The notes under the pieces: generated by a model | The model's database searches: none | Told to the model about the DNA's origin: nothing | The model's input: only the letters and a program-made list of their open reading frames with translations | Position numbers and translations under genes: made by a program | Source of the DNA: Anthoceros angustus | Lineage: Eukaryota > Plantae > Anthocerotophyta | DNA: 64,000 bases | Assembly (NCBI GenBank): GCA_010909165.1 | Contig: MU008155.1 | Coordinates: 2,108,001 to 2,172,000 of the forward strand | Direction: 5' to 3' | Part shown: positions 51,028 to 62,704 of the stretch, piece after piece | Numbering within the stretch: the first letter of the stretch is position 1 | How the letters are laid out: each line of letters begins with the position of its first letter

Positions 51028-54000
51028 TTCTTGCCACTCGTCGGCGGGGAAATCTTGCACCGGCCCAGGGTGCAGCGTTGGTAAGTGGTCTTGCGTTTCT
51101 TGGCTCTCTCACAGTCGGCGGGGCTCCTCGGTAGGAGTGATGGCGGTGGCGGGGCTGGGCCGGGCCGCTGGATCGGCTGCTCGGGGCACCAAGGAGGGAG
51201 GGGAATTGCTTCCCATACTTCCACAGGTGGTGAGGGGTCCGTTCAGGCGTATGGGTCAGGAATCCCTCGATCGTCCTCCCAGTCCGTTTGGTTTTCGACG
51301 GCCGGCCTCCTCCCTCCGGCCCTTGCCGCTCCACTTGGAGGCCTCAGTCCTTTCCGGGCGCTCGCTCAAGCTCTCCTTCCAAGGGTTGAAATGCCCCCAT
51401 ACATGGATCGGTATGGGGCGGCCAGATGGCGAGGCTTCTCGCTGAGCTTGCGAGCTTCACAGCTAAGCAGGCGAAGATAATCCTTCCCAGTCGCCCTCTT
51501 CCCCGTGCGAGAACACCAATAGATTATCACCAAGGTGATCCACCTTGGTGAGTAGGTTCGATGGGCGATGATCCGGGCCACCGCCTGACTCGACCGTCCA
51601 ACATGTGCCTGGATATCGACCAACCGTTGGTGGTCGTTGCGTCGAGCCTTAGCATCGCCGTGGTGGACCTATCTTCCCCTTCGCCTTGAGGGCTCGGCAC
51701 CCTCCCCTCTTCCTCCTTGGGGCGGTTGTAGGCCGCCTCAGACCTCCAAGGTCCATCGCCTTGGGTCCTCTCGGAGGTTCTTGGACCGCACCTCCTTGTT
51801 GACCGCCCGGCATCTTGGGCAAACTCCCGACGGTGACTTGTCAAAGGTCGGACCATTTGGAACACATCCAAATGCCACTCTGCACCAATTCGCCTCGGAG
51901 CCAGAGCCCAAAGTCCGGATAGCGCGGGTCACAATGTTGCGCTCCACAAGGTTCCATGGCTCCCAAACTTCCGCTGGCTTTTGGGTGCCATCGCCTTCTT
52001 CTCCCTTGGTTCTTGGACCGCACCTCCTTGTTGACCGCCGCACGCTGAGCCTCCTCGCGCGTTCGCTTCTCCGACCAACGTGAGCCGCCAAGACGCCCGA
52101 GTGTCCCACGAGATACCGCGAGCGGTTGCGGGCGCGAGATCGCGGAAATTGTCTCGAGGTGGCCATGACCTTCTTCGCGACCACGCCGGAGTAACTCGGG
52201 CGGAGGGCGCCTTCCCCGTCCAGAATCGCCGAGGTCCGCATGGCTTACTCGCGCACGCCGCTGCACTGCCTTACTCCGCCGACTGCCCCGCTGCCGCGGG
52301 CGTGAATACTGCTATAACGGCCTCGCAAGGTTACGGTCCCGACCACAGCATGCCGTCCTCCACTCGGTCGTCACGTGGCGTCGCCCGGTCAGTCCTTACG
52401 CCCAACTTCTAAGTTACCTCCGCATTTTATCCCGCCTCGTCCCGGAGTGGGTCGGTCTTACCCGTCGCGCCATCGTGGGTCTAAATCGTTCCTCACTCGG
52501 TCGGTATACTCAGTGCCGTCCAGTGCTAACCGCTTATTTCCTCCTTTTTCGCCTCATTTTATCCTTCGCTCCCACACAAAAAAACAAAATCCTACCTAAT
52601 TTCTAACCCCCCCAGGGAAGTCCGTAGTCCACAACTACATTGTGGGAAGCTATTGGTGGACTTTCTATACCACAAAAAAAATGGACCTTTCACTCTCAAT
52701 CCAATATTTTAAGTTTCTCTACTTTAGAATGAAGGAATATGACGGGGGCTACATTGTGACTCATCCGGTGCTTGAGCGGATACTAAATCCAACATCATTG
52801 CTAAATTACGCATTTGTTCCAGCATAATTATGGAAGGAGGTTAATATACGAACCCCCTTCTTTTGCTTTTGGACTTCCTTCACAAAATCGACAGTCCTTA
52901 AAAGAGGGTTTTATCCCATTCTTCAAAATGACATTACCCTCACTATTCTGTACACAAACAAAGAGTCCACAGTCTTTCCAATGGCATGATAGAGAGCCTG
53001 TCTAGCCGGCCAATGCCCTCCGTGATGTGTTCATGAACACCATTCAATAAATTCATCAAAACTAAACATGGTTCTACTTTGGAAAGAAACAAAACCAAAG
53101 GTTGTGTGTGAAATGCCGACATGGCACCGTCCACATCTTCTTTTGGTGTTTTTGCACAGTGCCCTAGTTGAAGGGCAATATTTACATGCGTAACACCGGC
53201 AGGAATGGTCAACTACATAGGTTAAATTATGCCGGAAATCGATGTGTTGTGGAAAGCCTAAATTCTTCACATGCCTCTGCCACTCATGAAAACAATGCAA
53301 CCAATGGTATAAGACCATGATTTTGTGATAAATTTTTAGAGCATGCTGCGACAGGCTAGTTTTAGACCCATCAGAAACCCTCTTCAAAGGATAAAAGCCA
53401 CTAAACCCCCATCGGGTATATTCCCCCTCTTAAAAAATTATGGTGTTATCTAATTTCCTCCTCTTTTTGGCAAGAATATAGGCATAAGCACGAGAGTCGA
53501 GGACCCGAAGGTGGAAAATGCTGGGCTTCCTATGGCGGAAGAGCTCATAAAGGGTGTTACCATAGATAGAGCCGGTGAAGACCTGATTCAAAATATAAGT
53601 GACAGCGACGACAACCTCCACCCAGTGTGTCTGATGTAGTCCTGCTCATAATAGTATGTTGCGAGTCAAGCCGAGCAACTTCTGGTTCTTACGGTCAGCA
53701 ACCTCGTTTTGTTGTTGGGTGTATGGGACTATGAGCTGGCGCTGGATGCCACACTCATGAAGATAAGCATCAAAAGCAATATTGACAACCCCTCGGGCCA
53801 TTGTCAGTCTGCAACATCTTCAGAACTTGACCTGATTAGCATTGCGCAACAAAAAGCCAGTCTTGGAAAAGTTGAAAAGTATCACTTTTGTGTTGCATTG
53901 GGAGCATCCAAGTATAGCGATTGAAGTCGTCCGTCAATTTAAGGTAACACCGGGAACCTCCTAGAGACTGCTCATGAATTTTTCCCGAGATATCAGCATG

Positions 54001-54554
54001 CACGAGTTCCAACACTTGGGAAGCTCTATGGGCAAGAGTGTTAGGAAAAGGATGTTCCTTCTACTTCACCAGGATACAAGCTTCGCACACAGGAAGCTCC
54101 TCGAGGCATTTGGGAATTGGGACTCTCGATAACAATCCTTAGTAGACATATCAATAAGTTTCGCTCTATAAGCATGTCCTAACCGAGCATGCCAAAGAGC
54201 TGCAAGCCGTTCCAAGTCAAGCTGTGTGCTGCCAGTCGAGTAGGCTGCGGACTGTTTGTTACATGTGATATCGAATTTATACAGATCACTATCAAGGATT
54301 CCCCGGAAGATGCAAACCTGAGGTGATGCGATTTTGAAGAAAGAGCACGAATCCTTATCAGCCCACAAAGTCAAAATCTCCATCCACATAAGCATGCTAA
54401 GGGATATCAAGTTCTTCGCCACACGAGGGACATACAGGACATCAAGCAAGGTAAGTTCTGTGTTGTCATGCAACATGAATGTGCATGATCCATGTCCCTC
54501 AATGCGGAGACCTGTTTGCATCCTTTCATCCCCAAGCAAAACCTTGTCCAAAAT

Positions 54555-57410
54555 CTTCACGAGATGCAGATGAGAGAACAGGGTCTTGTCCTTGCATATG
54601 TGAGTGGTAGCCCTTGAGTCGAGGTACCAACCGTCATCATCAAGTAAGGAAGTAGTAGTTAGGCACACCGTGTACATCCTAACTATCGCCTTTGTGGTAT
54701 TAGCAGAGGTCAAAGAGGTGCCAAAAAATTTATCCTTGACTTCAACAATGTTGGCTGCAGACTTGGATTGCTTTTGTGATTCACTGGCCTTTTTCTTACA
54801 ACAGTCACGAGCTCAGTGACCAGGTGCACCACACCAATTGCAATTGCTTGTCCTCTTTGGTGTTCCATAAGAATGGGATTCACCTCTGTATCCTCGTGTA
54901 CTCTTACCTTTGTTCTTATTTGGATGAAACTTAGGTGCAAGTATCTTATCTCCCTTGACCTTAAAGCCAAGGGAGAAGTGACTACTCTGTTCCTCCTTAT
55001 ACAAGGCACCTATCACCTCCTCGAGGATGATCGTGCTTGTTTTCCCGGCAGCAACAGCAGTCTAAGCCAAGTGGATAGGCCTATTGTGAACACTCACAAA
55101 GTTCTGATAAGAGGCGGCTAAACTAGTCAATAGTTGTGCAACGCCATCAAGTTTGTCCATCTTCGACCCCAACGAGGTAAGTTATGCGCAAAGATGACGA
55201 AACTTACTTGTAAAAACTACTCCTTTATTCCCCTCCTTCATCCTCAGTCCATAGAACTCCGGCCTATCAGCACAAAGGGTCATTATGTTGTCAACCTGAT
55301 GTGTTTTCGCAAGTTGATTCCAAATGTCGATGCCCTTGCTGAGGAACTCGATATCTGTTACAAGGATCTCATCAAGCCCACTGATCAACAAAGCCACTGC
55401 CACCTAGTTCAATGACTTCCATTTGTCTTTATCAACTTGTGATCCGGTAAGGGGATTTGGTTCTAGAAAAACGCCACTCACAACCCTCTAGACACTTTTG
55501 GCAACGAGGATGGCTTTCATCCGACGCACGTTGCTTGAGGAGAGGCCAGGATCCGGATTTGTTTTCTGTGCGCCGGATTTGCCATCCTTACGCCCACTAG
55601 TTGCGTCGGATCTCACGGCGTCACCATGCGAAGTCATTTCTTGAATCAAGAAATCTTGCGAGATAGAGTTGATGAGCACGGCGATCGATCCTTCGCTTCC
55701 ACCACCAATGGAACATCAAAAATTTTTGATGTTCCATTGCTCAGCAATCTGTGCAAAGATTGCTGAGTTCCTAAAAAGAATGGATTTGCAGGTCTCACCA
55801 TCGATCTCACTTGCGAGCCTCACCAGGTCATGAGGGTGGCTACCCTGATGAAGCTTCCACTGCAGGAGAGTTGGGAGATCCAAAGAGTCGTTGGTTGCAC
55901 AACTTTGTTCCTTGGACTTTGAGCGGCGCAATTATCGAGCTTGTTTTCCTCGACTCCTCTTCTCTCCGTCCTTTGGATAGGTCCAGCACAACTTGCCCCT
56001 TCACGAGATGCGGATGAGAGAGCGGTCTTGTCCTTGCATATGTGAGTGGTAGCCCTTGAGTCGAGGTACCAACCGTCATCATCAAGTAAGGAAGTAGTAG
56101 TTAGGCACTGCAGGTGTACATCCTAACTATCGCCTTTGTGGTATTAGCAGAGGTCAAAGAGGTGCCAAAAATTTATCCTTGACAACAATGTTGGTGCAGA
56201 CTTGGATTGCTTTTGTGATTCCGGCCTTTTCTTACAATCCACGAGCTCGGTGTGCACACACACCAATTGCAGTGCTTGTCCTCTTTGGTGTTCCATAAGA
56301 ATGGGATTCACCTCTGTATCCTCGTGTACTCTTACCTTTGTTCTTATTTGGATGAAACTTAGGTGCAAGTATCTTATCTCCCTTGACCTTAAAGCCAAGG
56401 GAGAAGTGACTACTCTGTTCCTCCTTATACAAGGCACCTATCACCTCCTCGAGGATGATCGTGCTTGTTTTCCGGCAGCAACAGCAGTCTAAGCCAAGTG
56501 GATAGGCCTATTGTGAACACTCACAAAGTTCGATAAGGCGGCTAAACTAGTCAATAGTTGTGCAACGCCATCAAGTTTGTCCATCTTGACCCCAACGAGG
56601 TAAGTTATGCAAAGATGACGAAACTTACTTGTAAAAACTACTCCTTTATTCCTCCTTCATCCTCGGTCCATAGAACTCGCCTATCGGCTACAAAGGGTCA
56701 TTATGTTGTCAACTTTGATGTGTTTTCGCAAGTTGATTCCAAATGTCGATGCCCTTGAGGAACTCGATACTCATTACAAGGATCTCATCAAGCCATCAAC
56801 AAAGCCACGCCACCTAGTTCAATGACTTCCATTTGTCTTTATCAACTTGATCCGTAAGGAGTTTGGTTCTAAACGCCACTCACAACCCTCTAGACACTTT
56901 TGGCAACGAGGATGGCTTTCATCCGACGCACGTTGCTTGAGGAGAGGCCAGGATCCGGATTTGTTTTACAGGCGCCCGGATTTGCCATCCTTCTGCCCAC
57001 TAGTTGCGTCCAGATCTACGACGTCACCATGCGAAGTCATTTGCTGAATCAAGAAATCTTGCGAGATAGAGTTGATGAGCACGGCGATCGATCCTACGCT
57101 TCCACCACCAATGGAACATCAAAAATTTTTGATGTTCCATTGCTCAGCAATCTGTGCAAAGATTGCTGAGTTCCTAAAAAGAATGGATTTGCAGGTCTCA
57201 CCATCGATCTCACTTGCGAGCCTCACCAGGTCATGAGGACTGGCTACCCTGATGAAGCTTCCACTGCAGGAGAGTTGGGAGATCCAAAGAGTCGTTGGTT
57301 GCACAACCTGTTCCTTGGCCCAGCTTTGAACGGCCGCAATTATCAGGCTTGTTTCCTCGACTCCTCTTCTCTCCGTCACTGGATAGGTCCAGCACAACTT
57401 GCCCCTTCAC
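54555..57410. repeat. ~1.43-kb tandem duplication in the copia gag region
   Basis: Units 54555-55998 and 55999-57410. CTTCAC microhomology at all three junctions. Confidence 0.88.
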
Positions 57411-57870
57411 AGGCAAGGGACTTTTCAGTTTGTAACTGAAGAGGAAGTCGGCGAGCTTGACGAAGCTGTTGCACAGATCCTTAATTTATGGACGAATCCT
57501 CCTACACAACTTGCCACCACGATGTCTTCAGGACCCACATTTACATCAGACCTAAAGGAAAAGGATAGGTTTAATGGCACTAAAGGATAGGTTTGGTGAG
57601 CGATAAAGAGAGTCGATTCCTCGATTCCGATTAGAAAAGCGCGCAGCCTCATGTCACCTAGTGTGTTTCTCCGCAAGTTGTCGTAGCTAGAGCTTGAGGT
57701 AATCTGATTCGTAGTGGTTGATTGCTGTTTCTGGAGGTAGGTAGGTATTGTCAGGGCTGAGGTGGATACCTTCTACGGCAGCCGTGGCAAGATGAACTTG
57801 ACCAGCACCTCTATGAGTATCACCCTGTCTCGGCATGGCAAGGGAGGATCACAAGGAAGTAGAGCTCGGT

Positions 57871-57881
57871 CTCTAATACCA
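57871..57881 (-). other. Copia primer-binding site (tRNA-iMet type)
   Basis: Minus strand TGGTATTAGAG directly after ...TCTCA. One mismatch to the canonical TGGTATCAGAG. Confidence 0.85.
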
Positions 57882-58618
57882 TGAGAAAAACGGGAGAGCA
57901 GGCGATGTGCCAAAAAGTGTATATCTCTTAATAATAAGAACATAACACAAGCTCGTCTAAATATGCTTTATCAAAACGTCGGTTCACTATGTACCCTAAT
58001 ATTAGGTGAACAACCCTAAGCGAGTTAGGGCTTGTAACCCCTTTTTTAACAACAGCTCACACACACACCGGCTGCAAACTCCGGCGCCCACAACCCGGTC
58101 GCGTCCTCGCCGCGCCCGTGCTTTGACCTCCCAAGCTCACTTCAAGCCCCAACACCCTTGTGCGCCTCCTTGCACCTTCTGAGCTCCCGCTTGCTTGCCC
58201 CAAAACCCCCTCGCGCCCGCCTTCTCTTCCTTGCTTTGCTTGCACACACTTGTCCACAGTTCTGCACACAATGGAGGAGTCAACAGGTTCCTCTCTGTGT
58301 CATGGGGAGAGCACCAAACTGCCAAGGAGAGAGATTGGAGATGGCTGTCGTATTGAGAAATATACTTCCTAATTGATCATCATTACCATTGATAACGTGG
58401 CATCATCACCACCATGGGACCCTTTAAGCGGTGTACCCTTCCAATCACACCTAGGGGCACCACCCTACTGCTATTAAACTCTATAGTCCTAAATTACTTT
58501 CTTATTTCCCCCTTATTCATATATATAGACTAACAAATAACTAGAAATACAGCCTATGCTCGTAGGGTGATGAGCTATGCTCGGAGGTCCTCCTAACTAC
58601 GACCTACTTAGGAAGGAT

Positions 58619-58886
58619 CCTAATCTATCAACTAGTCTACCTAGCCCTAACCTATCAGCTAGTTCACCTAGCCCTAACCTATCAGCTAGTCCACCTAGCC
58701 CTAACCTATCAGCTAGTCCACCTAACCCTAACCTATCAGCTAGTCTACCTAACCCTAACCTATCAGCTAGTCTACCTAACCCTAACCTATCAGCTAGTCT
58801 ACCTAACCCTAACCTATCAGCTAGTCTACCTAACCCTAACCTATCAGCTAGTCTACCTAACCCTAACCTATTAGCTAGTCTACCTA
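58619..58886. repeat. 27-bp minisatellite CCTAACCTATCAGCTAGTCTACCTAAC, ~10 copies
   Basis: Regular 27-bp period. It explains the (PNLSASLPN)n ORF at 58577..58933. Confidence 0.95.
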
Positions 58887-59096
58887 GACCTGAGAAATTT
58901 CGAAGTTCCTATCCTTGTTCCCAATTTCCCTAAATGGTTCAAAAAGAAATACTCGTTAATAGTTCGTAATTTCCCTAAATGGTCCAAAAAGAAATACTCG
59001 TTAATAGCTGCCGGGCACTTTGGATCTAGATAAACCAAGATGAAATAAACTGGATCAAAATGACAAAAGGACACAAACTTTTGCATTCCATAGGTC

Positions 59097-59346
59097 ATCC
59101 CATGCTGCAGCTTCTTTCTGCCAAGGGGCAGTAGCGTCAGAACCATTTCTTCCTGCCATGGGGCAATTGCGTCAGGACCATTTCTTCCTGCCATGGGGGA
59201 GTAGCGTCCTGCCATGGGGCAGTAGCGTCCTGCCATGGGGCAGTAGCGTCAGAACCATCACGACAGCCCTTGCTACGCTGAACCTAGAGATAATCATCTT
59301 CTGTATTTGGAGAGGGGAAGCGTGTGAAAACCAACCGCACAACGAA
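59097..59346. repeat. Diverged direct repeat of 44230-44397, with internal 21-33 bp tandem expansions
   Basis: Shares cccatgct.agcttct, cctgccatggggca.tagcgt, agaaccatcacgacagcccttgcta, tgaacctagagataatca and tttggagaggggaagcgtg. Confidence 0.8.
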
Positions 59347-59784
59347 CCCATTCCATGCCGCTCAACTCTCCATTATACGTTACAATTGTTGACAACACTT
59401 TTCAAGCTCAGAACCTCGCCTGCTTTGTGACACCGCCAAAGCATCTCCGAAGTATTGTAGACACCACTCTTCAAAACTAACAACCCCCTACACTTAAGGG
59501 GCTGCAGAATCCTACCAACACCTTCCACCTTTCACCACAACTGGTGGGAACCTACTAAGACAAGTTATTACACAAGACACAGGATGGCACTCGCTGCCTG
59601 AAAGGGTCCAAAAAGTAGGTAGCGGGATGCGGACCACCCCTTTCGTCTGCGCTGAGCAAACGGATAACACCCGCTCTCTCCTGTAAAAAAGCTCGCTCGG
59701 AGCATGAGGGTGTCCTTTGCAAAGTGAGTATCGCTGCCCAGTCTTCTGAGCTAAGCCAGATCAAAGAGGACAGCAGGAGTCCTG

Positions 59785-60537
59785 CTAGTCACTCACAAAG
59801 TGATTTGGATCTTCTTCTCTGCCAAACAAAAACTGGAAGAACTCCACATAGCATTTTCTCAACTCCTCATCTCTACACCAGCACGCAACAGCCGCAAAAA
59901 CCTTTTTGCTCCGACCCTTCATGCCAGCAACTCTTTGAACCTTCTCCTCAGTTGGATGTGCTATCTCCGTAACTCTCAGCGAAGCCTCTGATAAACCTAG
60001 ATGGGCCATTAACCCAGGCTGGTTCACTATGTCACTTACTATGTCATTCCAGTGTCTTGAACAATCAATGTCAGAGATGCACAGAGCAATCTTAGCTCGG
60101 ACCTTCTCTTTGAAGTGGGAGCTGTACTTTCCCCACAAAGGTGGGAAACATGCCCTTGCTGTGGCAAGCTGCTGGCTGGATAGAAATGCCCTGCTTGACA
60201 TGTGGTTGATGGATACGGTAAGGACTTGTGTTATAGATTCTATACGATGATACAGTGACATGAGTCTCAGATCCAGCTCTATCTTCTCCCTCTGCAAATC
60301 AGCCAAATTTGCTATCATCTGATCATAATCTTCGTCCCCTGAACCTTCCTCATGGCTTTCTGCTTCTTGAAGCTCCTCGTCATCACCATCCAAATCCTCA
60401 TCCAGCTCCTCAACCTCCACCTCCAGCTCATCTTCATCCTCTTCCTCATCCTCGACAGGGGGATCTGGCAAACTTGACACATAGTTCTTGCAGAAGGTTT
60501 CTAGGTCCCTTTCGCGATCTGCTTCTAGTTCACCCAT
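59785..60537 (-). CDS. Unassigned 250-aa protein: acidic tract, coiled coil, helical C-terminal region
   Basis: Uninterrupted ORF from accATGG. D/E-rich segment, then heptad-like MIANLADLQREKIELDLRLMSL. Lies divergent from GOT1. No family recognised. Confidence 0.55.
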   Translation of the reverse strand: MGELEADRERDLETFCKNYVSSLPDPPVEDEEEDEDELEVEVEELDEDLDGDDEELQEAESHEEGSGDEDYDQMIANLADLQREKIELDLRLMSLYHRIESITQVLTVSINHMSSRAFLSSQQLATARACFPPLWGKYSSHFKEKVRAKIALCISDIDCSRHWNDIVSDIVNQPGLMAHLGLSEASLRVTEIAHPTEEKVQRVAGMKGRSKKVFAAVACWCRDEELRKCYVEFFQFLFGREEDPNHFVSD

Positions 60538-61690
60538 GGTAAAGATCACTGCCTTCACTGACGTGAAGATGCCCGTCAGCGCCCTGAGTTACCTTGATCA
60601 AGCTCCCGCTGACATCACCAGCTGCCCCAAACCACGCAGCACACCACAGCCTGGCCACTGCTCACTACAGATCGGGACAACGCAGGATTGTACCGAGAAC
60701 CAGCAGTCTCCATCGCATATCAACCGTAAAATCCGTGTGAAGAGCTCAGCAAGGCCAAGCTAAGGAAGAAGTACTGAACCCGCTTCAGATTTCATTCAAC
60801 GTTCTTGAGAAACCAGCTATCCAGCGCAACCTGCACAGACAGTCTCACCATCAACGAGCCGTCCGGCATGACTATACTGCAGAGAATCAGATTCATCCAG
60901 CCAGGTCATGAAATGCTTCCAGCACCCTACTTTACATGCAGCATTTGGAAATTCCATCCCGAAAATCAACCACACAAGCAACGACAGTCTTAGCCGGCCA
61001 GACGTTTCCAGCAAACACTAGCGTAAGTCCCATTTGCCTCCTTCCTCCTCCCCTCCCCCGAAATGCATCACATGAACAGTCTACACTGAGAGAGCCGCCC
61101 GCAGCATGGTGGCAACAGGGATAACAAAAAAACCAGAGGTGCAAAACAACTGCGACAAAACTACGGCACCGCTGAGAACCAAAAGCTGAATAGACGGACC
61201 TGCCGTTGCAGCCAGAAGGAATCGGTGGGAGCCACGCTCAACGTTGCGCCGGCACAGCGCAAGCTCAGAGGGTCGGGTGCAGGGGCAATCCCCCAAAGCA
61301 GGTGGTGCCCGCTGTAGGGGAACAGCCTGTTGCTTCGAGAACCATGACAACCTAGTTGTCTCAGTGCATTTCATGATAACGTAACTGCGTATTGTTGTAG
61401 GTGGGTTGCTACAGTATGCGCGTTCGACTACCTACCTACGAAAAGCCCTGTTTCTTCCTCGATAAGCTTCGAGCTGCCTTGACTACGTTGGAGCTGATGG
61501 AATTTGAAACGTGTTGGTCCAAAAACGTCGACAAAGGCAAAGGTTGAAGTGATACAGCGGGTTCTCAACGACATCGATTCGGAAGTGACCTAAGGCTTTC
61601 CTCCCCCTCCCTGCTTGAAACGTGCTCAATTCGGTGCAGACTGTTGAGTGTGGAAGAAATCTTCATCGTGTCGATTGCAAGCTTGTCAGG

Positions 61691-62704
61691 ATGGTTTCCT
61701 TCGAGATGAACGATCGCAAGAGTAAGCGTTTGGCACTGAGATGCCCGGATGTGCTTCGGATCGTGTGTTGGGCATCGCCCGTGACGGAGCTCTTGAGTGC
61801 TAGCTAGTGGCTGCATGGAGCTGGCGGTGCGCATCCTGTTCTTTTGTGAGATCTGAAGTAGTAGTTACGACTAATCTGCTCTGGTTCTGGCTTGCAACAG
61901 AAATTGGCGTTGGGCTGACTGGATTTGGAGTGCTCTTTTCATTCCTAGGTGTGATATTCTTCTTCGACAAGGGTCTTCTGGCTATGGGCAATGTAAGTGC
62001 AGCGTATTAATGAGACCTTGTTTTTTGTTGTGCCTTGGAAGCTGTGGTGATGCTTGTTCTCGCACATGGCAGATCCTTTTCTTGTCCGGTGTCACACTCA
62101 CGATTGGTCCAAGGTCGACCATATCTTTCTTCCTCAAACCCCGCAATTACAAGGTAGGCTATTTTAGGGAATGCTACTCCTGAGATCCCAACACCGTGAT
62201 GCCAATGCATTTAGATATTCGTCCACTGCAACTGCTACTCGCACTCTCTCCTGAATGTCTTGGTGCTGTTATGGCAGGGTTCGATATCTTTCCTTGTCGG
62301 ATTTGGTTTGGTGTTGATTGGATGGGCCATACTGGGGATGATAGTTGAGGCATATGGCTTCATCGTTCTTTTCAGGTAAGGCCACAAGAAAATCATGAAG
62401 TAAGTCCGGACTGGTCATGAAAAATTATGGGCTCTCATTTGCTCTTGTCTGGTGGGGTTGCAGCGGATTCTGGCCTACAGTAGCAGTGTTTTTGCAGAGA
62501 GTTCCAGTCCTTGGTTGGATCCTCCAACAACCTTTTCTGGTCTCGGTACGGAATTATGTACCATTATTTTCCTAGTGAGGAACTTGGAACTTCCCAAAGG
62601 TTCAACTTCTGGTGCCTATCGGTTCAGATTTTCTGATTTAATCTATGCACCCTGTTATCTGGCAGATATTTGGCCGGTATCGAGAACGAAGGGTTCCAGT
62701 TTGA
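61691..62704 (+). CDS. GOT1: Got1/Sft2-family Golgi vesicle transport protein, 6 exons: 61691-61721, 61901-61992, 62073-62153, 62278-62375, 62464-62545, 62666-62704
   Basis: MVSFEMNDRKKIGVGLTGFGVLFSFLGVIFFFDKGLLAMGNILFLSGV...RNYKGSISF...FSGFWPTVAVFLQRVPVLGW...RRVPV*. GT-AG introns. Confidence 0.95.

Larger units (their letters stand above)
48300..52241 (-). pseudogene. LTR-embedded accessory ORF, family B copy (downstream end approximate)
   Basis: MRTSAILDG...WEPWNLVERNIVTRAIRTLG...NWCRVAFG...KEVRSKNLREDPRRWTLEV; NGWSI; TKVDHLGDN; DWGRIIFACL...ARKLSEKPRHLAAPYxIHVWGHF (across frames); coiled coil. Confidence 0.7.
47146..52633 (-). mobile_element. Solo LTR, family B (diverged relative of family A)
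   Basis: TGTGGCGCG...GTCCACA ends. TSD ACTAT (47141-47145) / ACTAC (52634-52638). Co-linear with LTR A. No PBS, PPT or internal genes adjacent. Confidence 0.9.
46771..58054 (-). mobile_element. Decayed Ty1/copia element (probable 5' LTR ~57882-58054, no matching 3' LTR), interrupted by solo LTR B
   Basis: iMet-type PBS. gag Zn knuckle CNWCGAPGH. Protease WYLDSRATTHIC and LLDVLYVPRVAKNLISLS. Pre-integrase LWHARLGH. Integrase WVEVVVAVTYILN. RT/RNase H remnants down to ~46850. PPT-like TTAAAGGGAGT at 46771-46781. Confidence 0.85.

Noticed and set aside
58057-58260. Possible inverted homology with the GC-rich 44400-44800 segment
   Set aside because: Only short words shared (tgtgtgcaagc, gcgcgaggg, ggggcttga); not supportable by eye.
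58577-58933. Extensin-like ORF (PNLSASLPN)n
   Set aside because: It is just the translation of the 27-bp minisatellite; no signal peptide or gene context.
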